Of a DNA stretch of 64,000 nt, positions 1 through 10,049 are shown piece after piece. Made by a program: the position numbers and the translations under genes. The stretch spans positions 32,982-96,981 of the forward strand of contig CAWAXV010000038.1 of NCBI GenBank assembly GCA_963786095.1, in the 5' to 3' direction. The notes under the pieces were generated by a model. That model saw nothing but the letters and a program-made list of their open reading frames with translations, was not told where the DNA came from and did not search any database. The stretch's first letter is position 1. Each line of letters starts with the position of its first letter. This stretch comes from an uncultured Acidobacteriaceae bacterium. GTDB taxonomy: Bacteria > Acidobacteriota > Terriglobia > Terriglobales > Acidobacteriaceae.

Positions 1-756
1 CTGCGACTCGATCTGCGAGCGGACTTGCGTCTTGGCTACGACCATGTCGTCGTAGGTTCCAGTGTAGGTGATGATTGCCTCGTAATCGATGTCTGCAATA
101 TGCGTGCAAATGCTGTTGAGGAAGTGACGATCGTGTGAAATGGCGATGACGATTCCGTCGTAAACGTTCAGAAATCCCTGCAGCCAGTGGATCGAATCGA
201 GGTCGAGGTGGTTCGTAGGTTCGTCGAGGAGGAGCGCCTGCGGATGACCGAATAATGCCTGAGCGAGAAGCACGCGAACTTTCTGTCCACCCTGCAGTTC
301 GCTCATTTTGCGGGTGTGGAGTTCTTCCGTTATGTCGAGTCCATCGAGCAGAATGGCAGCATCGCTCTCCGCGGTGTAGCCGTCTTCTTCGCCGACAATG
401 CCTTCGAGCTCGCCAAGCTTCATCCCGTCAGCGTCGGTCATCTCAGGTTTCTCGTAGATGGCATCGCGCTCCTGCATGGCGGCCCAGAGGCGCTTGTTGC
501 CCATGATGACGGTGTCGATCGCGGTATAGGCGTCGAAGGCGAACTGATCCTGGCTCAACACACCTAATTTGCGGGGACGGACGACCGTGCCCTTTTGCGG
601 CTCGAGTTCGCCGCTGAGCAGCTTCATGAATGTGGATTTTCCGGCGCCATTGGGGCCGGTCAGGCCATAGCGCTTTCCGGGCGTAAACGCCGTGGAGACT
701 TCATCGAACAGTATTTTGGCGCCGTAGCGCATCGACACATTACTGACTGAGAGCAT
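1..756 (-). CDS. ABC-F family ATP-binding cassette protein, N-terminal ~250 aa (gene continues past window start)
   Basis: My reverse-strand translation from the ATG at 756-754 gives MLSVSNVSMRYGAKILFDEVSTAFTPGKRYGLTGPNGAGKSTFMKLLSGELEPQKG... It contains Walker A GPNGAGKST, the ABC signature LSGGQKVRVLLAQALF, Walker B LLLDEPTNHLD, then ISHDRHFLN. It is missing from the ORF track because it has no stop inside the window. Confidence 0.9.
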   Translation of the reverse strand, partial: MLSVSNVSMRYGAKILFDEVSTAFTPGKRYGLTGPNGAGKSTFMKLLSGELEPQKGTVVRPRKLGVLSQDQFAFDAYTAIDTVIMGNKRLWAAMQERDAIYEKPEMTDADGMKLGELEGIVGEEDGYTAESDAAILLDGLDITEELHTRKMSELQGGQKVRVLLAQALFGHPQALLLDEPTNHLDLDSIHWLQGFLNVYDGIVIAISHDRHFLNSICTHIADIDYEAIITYTGTYDDMVVAKTQVRSQIESQ

Positions 757-920
757 TGGTTTGTAACTTCTTCAGGACCTGCGGGGAATTCCGCCAAGAC
801 GGTACGCAGCTGGAGTTAATAGAATATCACGTCGAAGTGCGTTTTTCGCTGGGATTGAGACCGCAGGTAGTGGGCTACTTTGAATTGTGAGACGACAGGC
901 GGAGGTGTTCCGCGCTGCCC

Positions 921-1277
921 GTGATGGTGAAGCTCGTTACTCTCCTGCAAAAATGTATTGGCTGCGACATGAAAGAAGTGAGTGGTCGGCCCGATCCCAA
1001 GCACATCTCAACAAGTTTCGTGGACAGGCAGAACTGGAGCGTCCCCACGAGCATAAGGCGCTATACGCGCTTGAGGAATGGCTTCTCGCGCAAGATGGAG
1101 AATCACGCGGCTGCGACAGCCCTCAATTATTTCGCCTACAACTTCGTCAAGATTCACAATACACTTCGCATGGCCCCAACCATGGCGGCTGGCGTCACAG
1201 ATCGACTGTGGAACGTAGAAGACCTTGTTGCCCTCTGGGAAACCTACGAGCAGCAGAGGGCGGAAAGAGCGGCGTGA
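921..1277 (+). pseudogene. DDE transposase fragment (C-terminal ~115 aa only, IS1-type tail)
   Basis: The ORF reads ...HISTSFVDRQNWSVPTSIRRYTRLRNGFSRKMENHAAATALNYFAYNFVKIHNTLRMAPTMAAGVTDRLWNVEDLV. This matches the ERQN..R..RRFTRLTN.FSKK.ENH...YNF.R.H..L..TPAMAAG..D..W tail of IS1-type transposases as I remember it. The N-terminal catalytic region is absent. Confidence 0.65.
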
Positions 1278-1297
1278 ACGCTAGAATCGTGATTTAA

Positions 1298-1543
1298 GTG
1301 GCGCGTGAACTCTTCATACTCTTTTTTTGTGCGACGATCGCCTTCCTCCTCGGAAAGGGTTATTACCAATCCTTTCGCAGTCGTGTCCTTACAATCAAAG
1401 GCCGCACCTCTCGCCGGGACAAGGAACCGATCAGCTACTGGATTGGCATCGCTATAGGGGCTTTCGCACTTCTCGTCATGGTGTCCGGGATTGCGGTTAT
1501 GGCGTTCCTGATATGCGTGGATTTATTCAGGACTTCAAAGTAG
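1298..1543 (+). CDS. Hypothetical small membrane protein (2 predicted TM helices) inside the IS relic; may be spurious
   Basis: GTG-start 81-aa ORF with hydrophobic stretches ELFILFFCATIAFLLG and ISYWIGIAIGAFALLVMVSGIAVMAFLICV. Its 3' end overlaps the right inverted repeat. I recognise no homology. Confidence 0.25.
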   Translation: MARELFILFFCATIAFLLGKGYYQSFRSRVLTIKGRTSRRDKEPISYWIGIAIGAFALLVMVSGIAVMAFLICVDLFRTSK

Positions 1544-1684
1544 CCCACTATCGAGACCGCGCCTCCACGTCGGAGTGTGAAGAACCTTCCGGGTCAGGGG
1601 CGTGCGTTCCCGCCATTTCAGTGCTACAGTTCTTTACCGCGCTACCGGTGACGTAGCCTGTTTTCAATCCAAGGGTGTCTGAGG

Positions 1685-2926
1685 GTGGAGGAACAAATGG
1701 GGAGCAGGCGAGTTTCGCGTTCTGCGAGCAAAAGTTTGGGGATTTGTGCAGTGTTCGTCCTGATGGCGACGGCGGCGTGGGCCGCAAGCACGACCAAGTT
1801 AATCTACAGCTTCGCCGGCAGTGCCGACGGCGAGTACACCGACACTGAACTCGTGATGGACAGCGCCGGCAATCTTTACGGCACCTCGGTGCAAGGTGGA
1901 ACATTCGGAGGAGGAACGGTCTTTCAGGTCACTCCCGCTGGCGTGCACACCGTGCTCTATAACTTCACAGGCGGTGCCGACGGCGGCGAACCGTACAAAG
2001 GCGTCACCCCTGACGCGCACGGCAATCTCTACGGAACGGCCGTCACCGGCGGCGGCGGATCGTGCGAAGGCGGCTGCGGCGTGGTCTTTATGCTGGCCAA
2101 CTCCGGCGGGGGCTGGAACTTCAGCGTGATTCACACCTTCACTGGCGCCGACGGCTCAGGCCCGGGAAGCCCAGTTTCGATCGACAAGAATGGCTATGTT
2201 TATGGCACGACTCCCACAGGTGGGGCAAACGGTATGGGCACGGTCTACAAACTCAGGCCGAACGGAACCGGCGGCTGGAGAATGCGCGTGATTCACACTT
2301 TCACCGGTGGCTCCGACGGCGGCGGAGGTTCAGCGGGACGGATGTTGATCGATGCGGCGGGGAATCTCTACGGCGTGTGCACAGTGGGTGGCGTGAACGG
2401 ATTCGGCACTGTCTTCAAGATGTCTTCCATTCAAGGACAGTGGCAACTGACAACGCTGTATGCCTTCAAAGATCAACCGGATGGTGCGCTACCCTATGGC
2501 GGCGTGATGTTCGACAAGTTGGGAAATCTTTACGGTACGACCTACTACGCCGGAGCGAATGACGTAGGCACTGTGTATAAACTCACTCGCAACAGTGGAA
2601 CCTGGACGGAGAGCGTGCTCTACAGCTTCAAGGGAGGCACGGACGGGGCAAGCCCCATCAGCAGCCTGGCTGCGGATGCTGCAGGGAATTTCTATGGAAC
2701 CACCAGTGATGGTGGCGCGGCGGCATGCAGTTGCGGCGTCATCTTCAAGATGACTCGCGGGGCAACCGGCAAGTGGACCGAGAGCGTGGTGTATCGCTTC
2801 CCCGGCACACCAAACCCGGGGTTCGCTTACAACGGAATGGTCAGCGATTCCGCCGGGAATTTTTACGGCGCGACGGTGCACGGAGGCAGCGGCAACGACG
2901 GCGCTATTTACAAGTTCACGCCGTAA
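1685..2926 (+). CDS. Secreted GloVer-type (choice-of-anchor tandem repeat) beta-propeller protein, seven ~50-aa repeats
   Basis: Signal-like N-terminus LGICAVFVLMATAAWAAS. Seven repeats follow the pattern L(Y/H).F.GG.DG..P...L..D..GNLYGT...GG..G.GTV(F/Y)K(L/M). The ATG at 1697 (MGSRR) is a likely alternative start. Confidence 0.8.
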   Translation: MEEQMGSRRVSRSASKSLGICAVFVLMATAAWAASTTKLIYSFAGSADGEYTDTELVMDSAGNLYGTSVQGGTFGGGTVFQVTPAGVHTVLYNFTGGADGGEPYKGVTPDAHGNLYGTAVTGGGGSCEGGCGVVFMLANSGGGWNFSVIHTFTGADGSGPGSPVSIDKNGYVYGTTPTGGANGMGTVYKLRPNGTGGWRMRVIHTFTGGSDGGGGSAGRMLIDAAGNLYGVCTVGGVNGFGTVFKMSSIQGQWQLTTLYAFKDQPDGALPYGGVMFDKLGNLYGTTYYAGANDVGTVYKLTRNSGTWTESVLYSFKGGTDGASPISSLAADAAGNFYGTTSDGGAAACSCGVIFKMTRGATGKWTESVVYRFPGTPNPGFAYNGMVSDSAGNFYGATVHGGSGNDGAIYKFTP

Positions 2927-2933
2927 GCGACCT

Positions 2934-4987
2934 TCAGTTGTGTGGCGCGGTTGCGCTCGCGTCGACCAACTGCTGTACCGGCGCAACCACCATCAGTAGC
3001 ATATCGGCCATCGGCTTCTTCGCCTGGTCAAACAGGGTGGACTGCTGCGTCTTCCAGGCATCGGGTGGCGCCTGCGACTTATCGATGTAGTCAAGCGCTT
3101 GCAGACCAGCTGCACCCAAGGCGGACAAGCTCTGCGACAGTGGAACGTCTTCCTGCAGAAGAGAGGACTGCTCGAGCAACGAGTGCAGATGCGCATCGTT
3201 GTCGCGCCAGGTTGTGAGCCAGTACCGAATATGGGCTTCGGCGGCCTGGTCCTTGTGGCCGCTCTGGATATACAGCTGCACTAGATCGCTGAAGTGCCGC
3301 CCAGCATCGCTCTCCGGATAGACCGCGTCGATCATGCGGGTTAGCGGGGCGTGGAAGTCGATGGGACCTTTTGCGTCGCTCCAACGGTTATAGTCTTTCA
3401 CCGGCTCGACAACATCGGCCAGCACGCGCAGCGAGGAAATATCGGCAGTTCCAGCCATGCGATGCAGCATGTGCATACGGCGCAGACCTGTGCGTCAGCC
3501 CCAGCGTTTCCAAGTCCAGGCTGACAGCATTCATCCGCGCATACATCGAGGAGACGTCGGTGACATTCTGTGGAGACCACAAACGCTCAGCGATGGCGGC
3601 GTCGCGCGGCCAGATGTGCGAATCGACATTTTCCGGCGTGACCCATTCCGCCCACTGGCACGACTCGCCGCCGAGGATCCGGCTCTTCTCGTCGGGAGTC
3701 AGAGTCGCGGCGGCATCGCTCATGGGATCAATGGCATAGTGCCGAGCCGCAGGCCACATTAGGTCGAGATAGTATCCGAACGAAAGCAGGCCGCTGTAGC
3801 CCTGTTTCGCGGCCGCGGCCAGCGATGCCTGTCCCGCGCCACGATTGCACAACGATCGTCTTCGGCAAATCAGGATGCAGGATCTCATCCCAGCCGACCA
3901 TGATCTTGTGGTTCTTAGCGACGATCTTCTGCAGGCGCTGGTTGTAGTAGGCCTGCAAGATCCTGGTTGGACTTCATCCCGTGTGCTTGTTTGAAGGCCT
4001 GAATCTTGGGATTGCTGTCCCAGAATTTGCCGTCAACTTCGTCGCCGCCGATGTGGAAATACGCGTCGGGAAAAAGCTTCGCCATTTCCTCGACGAACTT
4101 TTCCAGGAACTTGTATGTCTCTTCGCGGGTTGGATCGGTAACCGACTCAGGACCGTGTTCATTTTCGACGGTAAACGGTCCCGGATTGCTCGCTAGTTCG
4201 GGATAGCCGACGAACCACGAACGACTGTGACCGGGCAGTGTCGAACTCGGGGATGACGCGAATGCCGCGACTCATGCGCATAAGCGATGATGTCGCGGAT
4301 TTCATCCTGCGTGTAGTAATTGCCTTCGGAGCCCATGCTGGTTAGCTTGGGAAACTTCTTGCTCTCGACACGGAATCCCTGGTCATCGGAAAGATGCCAG
4401 TGCAGGACATTCATTTTTACAGCAGCCATTCCGTCGAGGTTGCGCTTGAGAACGTCGATCGGAATGAAGTGGCGGCTGACGTCGATCAGCAAACCGCGCC
4501 AGGGAAAGCGAGGCTGGTCTTTTATCGTGACTGCCGGGATCGCGAAGCCGGTAGGTGTGATTGTGACCAGTTGAAGAAAAGTCTGAAGTCCCCGTATGGC
4601 ACCCAGCACCGTCGGGGCAGTGAGCTTCGCGCCCGAATCGGCCACGGTCAGCTCATAGGATTCGTCTTCGCCGAGTTTCTGCACGGCGTCGCGACCGTGA
4701 TCAGCGTGGATCTGAAGACTCGGAGCCGTACCAGACTTGGAGCGAAATGGAATTCCCGTCTGCCGCGAAAGTTGGGTTTGAAACCTCTGGATTTCGCTGT
4801 CGAGAGACGCATCGCGAGCGCCGGTAACCGCGACGGAGAACGATGCAATGATCGGCAATTGGCCGGTGCCGGGCTGCACGCTGGCGGGCATCGGCATCAA
4901 GGGAAGTTGGGATTGAGATTGGGCAGCGGCAAAACATGATGCAAACAAGAAGACGCACAACACCTGCGTAAGTATGAACCCTCTCAT
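2934..4987 (-). pseudogene. Beta-N-acetylhexosaminidase (GH20), secreted; reading frame broken ~5 times
   Basis: The protein is spread over track ORFs 4193-4987, 3728-3958, 3388-3888 and 2934-3476, plus an untracked frame containing RGIRVIPEFD / LPGHSRSWFVGYPELAS...HIGGDEV. GH20 motifs LLIDVSRHF, HWHLSDDQGFR and GGESCQWAEW are present. Frame changes fall near 4255, 4232, 3958, 3833 and 3480, and each behaves as one extra base. Confidence 0.85.
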
Positions 4988-5035
4988 AAAGTCCTCGTGG
5001 GTGCGTTGGCAAGGTTTGAGCGCACCAAAACCAGC

Positions 5036-5917
5036 TTATTGTACTTTCTCAAGCTCCGCGGTTAGATTCACACTGCTTCCGGAGCTGACTTTCACTTTCC
5101 GTTCCCAATCTTTGAAGCCCGTTTTTCTCACTACAATTGTGTGGTCGCCTTCCGCCGTTTCAACATCAGATGGCGTGCTTCCCACAAAGTTCCCATCGAT
5201 CTCGATATCGGCGCTGGGCGGGGTCGATTCGAAATGCAACTTTGCATTCACAATTGCAGGAGGTGTAGAAGCCGCCACTGTTAGTTGCGTGGCCGGACTC
5301 GCCTGCTGGAATTTCGTTATATCCATCGTGACGTCACCACTCACGTAGGCGGTGAATTCTGCTCCTTTGGGCATGGTGATGTCCTTTCCGTGCATGAACA
5401 AAAAGAACGGCGCAGCTGGAAAGAAGACGATGCCGGTGGCAACGATCCCCGCAGTCATCGCACCTGTATGACCGCCGCCTTTGCCTCCCTTTACAGCGCG
5501 TAATGCAGCCTTCTCACTGTCCACGAGCTTCACGTAGTCGATGTTGATCTCGAGCTTGCCACCTCGAGCCATTCTCCTCTTCGGCTGAGCATCGGTGACG
5601 GTGCCGAACGCAAGACTTCCCTTTGGGATCACCAGAGTTCCGTTCACGCTGAGATCCTGCAATACCTCGAAGTCCACTGTGTCACCCACATGGGCATCTG
5701 CGGATGAAACGGTACGATTGAATCGCAACCGGATCGGCGTGGCATCCTCGAGAACAAAACCTTTGGCAGAGGTTACGTTCGTTGGCACCTGCTCGGGAGC
5801 CGTGGCGTTCTTTGTTTGACTGTCCCCGTTAGAAGTGGATGGCTTAGAAGTGTTGTCTTGCGCGATCAGAATGACAGATAGAAAGAAAAATGCACCTAAG
5901 ACGAAATAGCGCTTCAT
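5036..5917 (-). CDS. Secreted PEGA-domain protein
   Basis: Signal peptide MKRYFVLGAFFFLSVILIAQ. The C-terminal PEGA-type module is PPSADIEIDGNFVGSTPSDVETAEGDHTIVVRKTGFKDWERKVKV. Confidence 0.7.
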   Translation of the reverse strand: MKRYFVLGAFFFLSVILIAQDNTSKPSTSNGDSQTKNATAPEQVPTNVTSAKGFVLEDATPIRLRFNRTVSSADAHVGDTVDFEVLQDLSVNGTLVIPKGSLAFGTVTDAQPKRRMARGGKLEINIDYVKLVDSEKAALRAVKGGKGGGHTGAMTAGIVATGIVFFPAAPFFLFMHGKDITMPKGAEFTAYVSGDVTMDITKFQQASPATQLTVAASTPPAIVNAKLHFESTPPSADIEIDGNFVGSTPSDVETAEGDHTIVVRKTGFKDWERKVKVSSGSSVNLTAELEKVQ

Positions 5918-5994
5918 TGGAGTCTCCCTTCTTTACAACGTGAAGCAACATACGAATCTTGATGAGAAATGACACTCGATGAAAGGGTGCATCC

Positions 5995-7389
5995 CTAGTG
6001 TCCCCCGCCCAACTCTCTGACGATCGCACCGACGAACTGCTTGGCGTCTCCGAACAGCATCAGTGTCTGATCGAGGTAGTACAACGGGTTGTCGATACCC
6101 GCGAAGCCAGGATTCATGCTCCGTTTGATGACCATCACGGTATGCGCTTTATCCACGTCCAGGATGGGCATCCCGAAGATGGGGCTGGACTGATCGGTAC
6201 GCGCGGCGGGATTGGTCACGTCGTTGGCGCCGATGATGAGGGCGACGTCGGTCTGTGGGAAGTCGCCGTTGATCTCGTCCATTTCGATGAGGCGGTCGTA
6301 GGGAATGTCGGCTTCGGCGAGCAGCACGTTCATGTGGCCGGGCATGCGTCCTGCAACGGGATGGATCGCGAACCGAACGTCGACCCCCTTCTTCGTGAGC
6401 GCGTCATACAGCTCACGAACCTTGTGCTGCGCCTGTGCGACAGCCATGCCATATCCAGGCACGATGACGACTTTGTTTGCGGCAGCGAGAATCGCGGCGG
6501 CTTCTTCGGGAGTGGCGCTGCGTACTTGCCTTGCTTCCTCCCCGGCTGCGGCAGAGGCCTGCACTTGGCCGAAAGCACCGAACAGAACGTTGGTGAACGA
6601 CCGGTTCATCGCCTTGCACATGATTACGGAGAGGATTAAGCCCGAAGACCCGTCAAGCGCGCCGGCAATGATCAACAGTTTGGAGTTGAGAACGAAGCCC
6701 ATGGCCGCGGCAGAAAGTCCGGCGTAAGAGTTCAACAGTGAGATCACCGTGGGCATGTCGGCGCCACCGATCGGAATCACAAGAAAGACACCGAACAGCA
6801 GAGCGATGCCAACAATGACCGGGAAGAACTGCTTCGCTTCCGGATGCAGAACGAGGTAAACGGCAAGTCCAATGGCTATCGCGAGCAGAACCAGGTTGAC
6901 AACGTTCTGTCCTTTGTAGGTGATCGGCCGCTGCGGGAGAACTTCCTGCAATTTACCCGCGGCGATCAGGCTGCCGGTGAATGTCAGGCCTCCGAGGATC
7001 ACCTCCAGCGAGAGCACCGACATCATGAACTTCGGAACATCCGGCGAGCGGAGATAGAACTCGGCCGTTCCGACCAAGGTGACGCAGAGTGCGCCGAACG
7101 CATGGCTGAGCGCGGTTCGCTGGGGAACTGCGGTCATTTGCACCATGCCCAACGGGATGCCGATGCCGCTGCCGAGAACGAGCGCAATGATGATCCATTT
7201 GTAGTCGACGATGCCGTGGTGCAGGAGCGTGCCGCCAATGGCCAGCACCATGCCAATTTCGCCAGCCAGAATGCCATGGCGGGCCGTGGCGGGAGAACTC
7301 ATCCACTTCAGCGAAAGAATAAAGAGGGCGCTGGCGATGAGATAAACGATTTCGATAACGTACTGGCTTCCGGCAAACTGGGTCGGCAT
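5995..7389 (-). CDS. pntB: NAD(P) transhydrogenase subunit beta
   Basis: 464-aa intact ORF. It has a multi-TM N-terminal half and a C-terminal NADP(H)-binding domain (VVIVPGYGMAVAQAQH...GRMPGHMNVLLAEA...ANDVTNPAA). Confidence 0.95.
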   Translation of the reverse strand: MPTQFAGSQYVIEIVYLIASALFILSLKWMSSPATARHGILAGEIGMVLAIGGTLLHHGIVDYKWIIIALVLGSGIGIPLGMVQMTAVPQRTALSHAFGALCVTLVGTAEFYLRSPDVPKFMMSVLSLEVILGGLTFTGSLIAAGKLQEVLPQRPITYKGQNVVNLVLLAIAIGLAVYLVLHPEAKQFFPVIVGIALLFGVFLVIPIGGADMPTVISLLNSYAGLSAAAMGFVLNSKLLIIAGALDGSSGLILSVIMCKAMNRSFTNVLFGAFGQVQASAAAGEEARQVRSATPEEAAAILAAANKVVIVPGYGMAVAQAQHKVRELYDALTKKGVDVRFAIHPVAGRMPGHMNVLLAEADIPYDRLIEMDEINGDFPQTDVALIIGANDVTNPAARTDQSSPIFGMPILDVDKAHTVMVIKRSMNPGFAGIDNPLYYLDQTLMLFGDAKQFVGAIVRELGGGH

Positions 7390-7392
7390 AGA

Positions 7393-7731
7393 TTATGGCT
7401 TCGTCAACTGCGGCTTCGTTGGACGGCTGGTCTTGAACATCCTGAGCATGCGGTCGGTGATGAAGAATCCGCCAACCACGTTGCTGGTGGCGGCGACGAT
7501 CGCAATCACACCGAGCACGGTCGCGAAGGTGCTCTTCTTCTCGCCGACCAGCACAATCGCGCCGACCACCGCAATGGCGTCAAGGGCGTTGGTCAGCGAC
7601 ATAAGTGGAGTGTGCAGCAAAGGCGAGACGTGGCGGATGACTTCGAATCCGATGAAAGCCGCCAGCATGAAAACGAACAGTGCATCAATCAGGTTGGAAC
7701 CCATGTGCTCCCTCAGGGGCGACAGCCCCAA
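7393..7731 (-). CDS. pntAB: NAD(P) transhydrogenase subunit alpha part 2 (membrane part)
   Basis: ~100-aa hydrophobic protein (FIGFEVIRHVSPLLHTPLMSLTNALDAIAVVGAI) lying between pntAA and pntB. The true start is probably the internal ATG near 7704. Confidence 0.9.
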   Translation of the reverse strand: MGLSPLREHMGSNLIDALFVFMLAAFIGFEVIRHVSPLLHTPLMSLTNALDAIAVVGAIVLVGEKKSTFATVLGVIAIVAATSNVVGGFFITDRMLRMFKTSRPTKPQLTKP

Positions 7732-7743
7732 TGTCTTTCCGTC

Positions 7744-8961
7744 CTAACTACCCGCTGGTGCTTGTGCCGGCATTTTGAAGAACTCGCGCACCCGCGCATT
7801 CACCACTTCCCCGCCGCAGGTGATCATGGTCTCGCGCACGATTTCGTCCTGCAGGTTCAGTTGCAGCTTGCCCTCTTTGATCATGTAAAGAAGAAATGTG
7901 GTGACGTTGCGGGCGTACATCTGGCTGGCGTGATACGGAACGCTGCTGGCAAAATTGATGGCGCCGATGATGGTAACGCCGTACACCTTCACGGTTTCTC
8001 CGGTACGAGTCAGTTCGCAGTTGCCGCCGCGTTCAGCGGCGAGATCGACGATCACCGAGCCGGGGGCCATGCCTTTGACCATATCCGCGGTGATCAGCAC
8101 CGGCGATTTTTTGCCAGGAATGACGGCAGCGGTAATGACGACGTCGCTTTCCGCGACCACGCGCCCCAGCAGTTCGCGCTGACGGGCATAGAACGTTTCG
8201 TCTTGTGCCGTGCCATAGCCGCGAGCATCCTGCGCATTCTGAGCTTCAATTGGCAGCTCGACGAAGCGTCCACCGAGGCTCTGCACCTGCTCCTTCGCGG
8301 CGGGACGCATGTCGTAGGCCGACGCGACCGCACCGAGACGGCGAGCCGTTGAGATTGCTTGCAGTCCGGCCACGCCGGCACCGATCACGAACACACGAGC
8401 CGGCGTAATGGTTCCGGCGGCGGTAGTCATCATGGGAAAGATTCGCGGCGAAGTCTCGGCGGCGAGCAGCACTGCTTTGTAACCACAGCAGGTAGCCATG
8501 GAGGAAAGCGCGTCCATGCTTTGAGCGCGCGTGGTGCGAGGCATGAATTCCACGGAGAAAGCGGTGACCCCTGCGTGCGCGATCTCTTGTACCACTTCCT
8601 CGGATCCCAAAGGCCGCAGGAATCCGATCAGCGTCTGGCCGCGGCGCATCAAGGGTAGATCGGCTTTGCCGGTGACGTCATTCGAGCCGTAGCAAAGCAC
8701 CTGCACGACAATGTCCGCAGTGCCGAAGACGGCGGCGCGATCCGGCACGATTTTCGCGCCTTTTTCCACATAGGCCGCATCGGGATAGCCAGCCTGCTCG
8801 CCGGCTCCAGCTTCTACGATAACTTCGAGCCCAGCTTTGGTGAGATTGGGAACAGCAACGGGAACGAGTGCAACACGACGTTCCCCCGGATAGCTTTCTT
8901 TCGGAACTCCGACGATCACGCGGCTCTCGTCCTTTCCGTGCAGATCGGCACACGGATACAC
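7744..8961 (-). CDS. pntAA: NAD(P) transhydrogenase subunit alpha part 1 (alanine-dehydrogenase-like dI domain)
   Basis: Contains IVGVPKESYPGERRVALVP and the Rossmann motif VFVIGAGVAGLQAI. The likely real start is the GTG at 8919 (VIVGVPKE); the upstream 14 codons are probably not translated. Confidence 0.9.
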   Translation of the reverse strand: MYPCADLHGKDESRVIVGVPKESYPGERRVALVPVAVPNLTKAGLEVIVEAGAGEQAGYPDAAYVEKGAKIVPDRAAVFGTADIVVQVLCYGSNDVTGKADLPLMRRGQTLIGFLRPLGSEEVVQEIAHAGVTAFSVEFMPRTTRAQSMDALSSMATCCGYKAVLLAAETSPRIFPMMTTAAGTITPARVFVIGAGVAGLQAISTARRLGAVASAYDMRPAAKEQVQSLGGRFVELPIEAQNAQDARGYGTAQDETFYARQRELLGRVVAESDVVITAAVIPGKKSPVLITADMVKGMAPGSVIVDLAAERGGNCELTRTGETVKVYGVTIIGAINFASSVPYHASQMYARNVTTFLLYMIKEGKLQLNLQDEIVRETMITCGGEVVNARVREFFKMPAQAPAGS

Positions 8962-9030
8962 AAAAGCGAACTGAAAACAGTAACAGATCAGCGAAGGAAC
9001 TGGAAGAAGGGAGCCTTAGAGTTGATGGCG

Positions 9031-9951
9031 TTACTGCCCAAATCGGTAATGCCACACACGCGCGGCGCCGATCAGGTTGGTGTCTTCCCCCAACGATGCG
9101 AGTGCCAACTCGGTTTTCTCGGCAGGAACAAACCGGCAACCACCACGAATCACGGCGCGGATGCGGTCGAGAAACAGCGGAGCGCTCTTCATGACGCTGC
9201 CGCTTAGCACGATGGCGTCTGGCGTGAACAGGTTGATCAAGTTGGCCAGGCCCAAGCCCAGATAGAATGACTCGGTTTCGACCGCCTGAAGCGCTACGAC
9301 ATCTTCTTGCTGCGCAAGCTCGCAGATACGCTTGGCTGTGATCCCCTGCCGATGGGGATAGTCCGCAGGCGCGTTCGCTTCGAGCCATGCCACCATGGCC
9401 GGACCGGCAGCCAGCGATTCCCAGCATCCACGAAAGCCGCACGAACATTGCGGACCGTTCGGATCCACCACGTGATGGCCAACCTCCGGATGAGCGCCGT
9501 CGACTCCGCGGTAAAGCTTGCCATCAAACACCATCCCGCCGCCGATGCCTGTGCCAACCGTGACGTAGATCAGGCGTGTACGGTTGCGGCCCGCGCCCCA
9601 TCCCGCCTCGGCTAATGCGGCGGCGTCGCCGTCGTTTTCGAGGGCCACGCGTACGTTGAAAACCGTGGCCAGGTCCTTCACCGGGCTCTTGCCGCGCCAA
9701 CCGGGAAGAAAATCGACATCCCCAAACTCGCCGCTCATCGGATCGACCGGCCCCGTCGATCCAATACCGACGCCCGTAAGTTCCACGCCAGTCTTCTGCG
9801 CGGTCTTGCGCAACATGTGCGCGATCAGCTCAATTCCGTCGGAATAGCGATTCGGATCAGTCGGGGCTTCCATACGCGAGAGCACCTTGCCGTTGTCGTC
9901 CACGATGCCAACCGCAATCTTCGTTCCTCCGATATCAACCGCGCCGATCAT
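9031..9951 (-). CDS. ROK family sugar kinase (glucokinase / N-acetylglucosamine kinase-like)
   Basis: N-terminal MIGAVDIGGTKIAVGIV, the ROK zinc motif CSCGFRGCWE, and VTVGTGIGGG. Confidence 0.85.
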   Translation of the reverse strand: MIGAVDIGGTKIAVGIVDDNGKVLSRMEAPTDPNRYSDGIELIAHMLRKTAQKTGVELTGVGIGSTGPVDPMSGEFGDVDFLPGWRGKSPVKDLATVFNVRVALENDGDAAALAEAGWGAGRNRTRLIYVTVGTGIGGGMVFDGKLYRGVDGAHPEVGHHVVDPNGPQCSCGFRGCWESLAAGPAMVAWLEANAPADYPHRQGITAKRICELAQQEDVVALQAVETESFYLGLGLANLINLFTPDAIVLSGSVMKSAPLFLDRIRAVIRGGCRFVPAEKTELALASLGEDTNLIGAARVWHYRFGQ

Positions 9952-10049
9952 AGGGACTCCCCTGCACCCATGAATTCTCCTATGCTGCTATTGATTGTGA
10001 ATGGTTGGCTCGGCATCTTGCCGGCCGCGCGATGTTCGGCGTTCCGCGT

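Larger units (their letters stand above)
857..1561 (+). mobile_element. Decayed IS1-family-like insertion sequence (terminal inverted repeats plus flanking 8-bp direct repeat)
   Basis: GGTAGTGGGCTACTTTGAA (866-884) is the reverse complement of TTCAAAGTAGCCCACTATC (1534-1552), with 17 contiguous matches at 868-884 / 1534-1550. GAGACCGC lies just outside both ends (857-864 and 1553-1560). The interior carries only the C-terminal part of a transposase. Confidence 0.7.

Noticed and set aside
6844-8352. 502-aa plus-strand ORF, and similar long ORFs at 10354-11355, 14671-15807, 32116-33606, 38754-39797, 44869-46803 and 61018-62010.
   Set aside because: All lie antisense to, or in an alternative frame of, genes with clear family motifs (pntB/pntAA, Gfo, TPR, amidohydrolase, TonB receptor, SSS, M20). 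Their translations are Arg/Ala/Gly/His-rich low-complexity strings, typical of open non-coding frames in GC-rich DNA.
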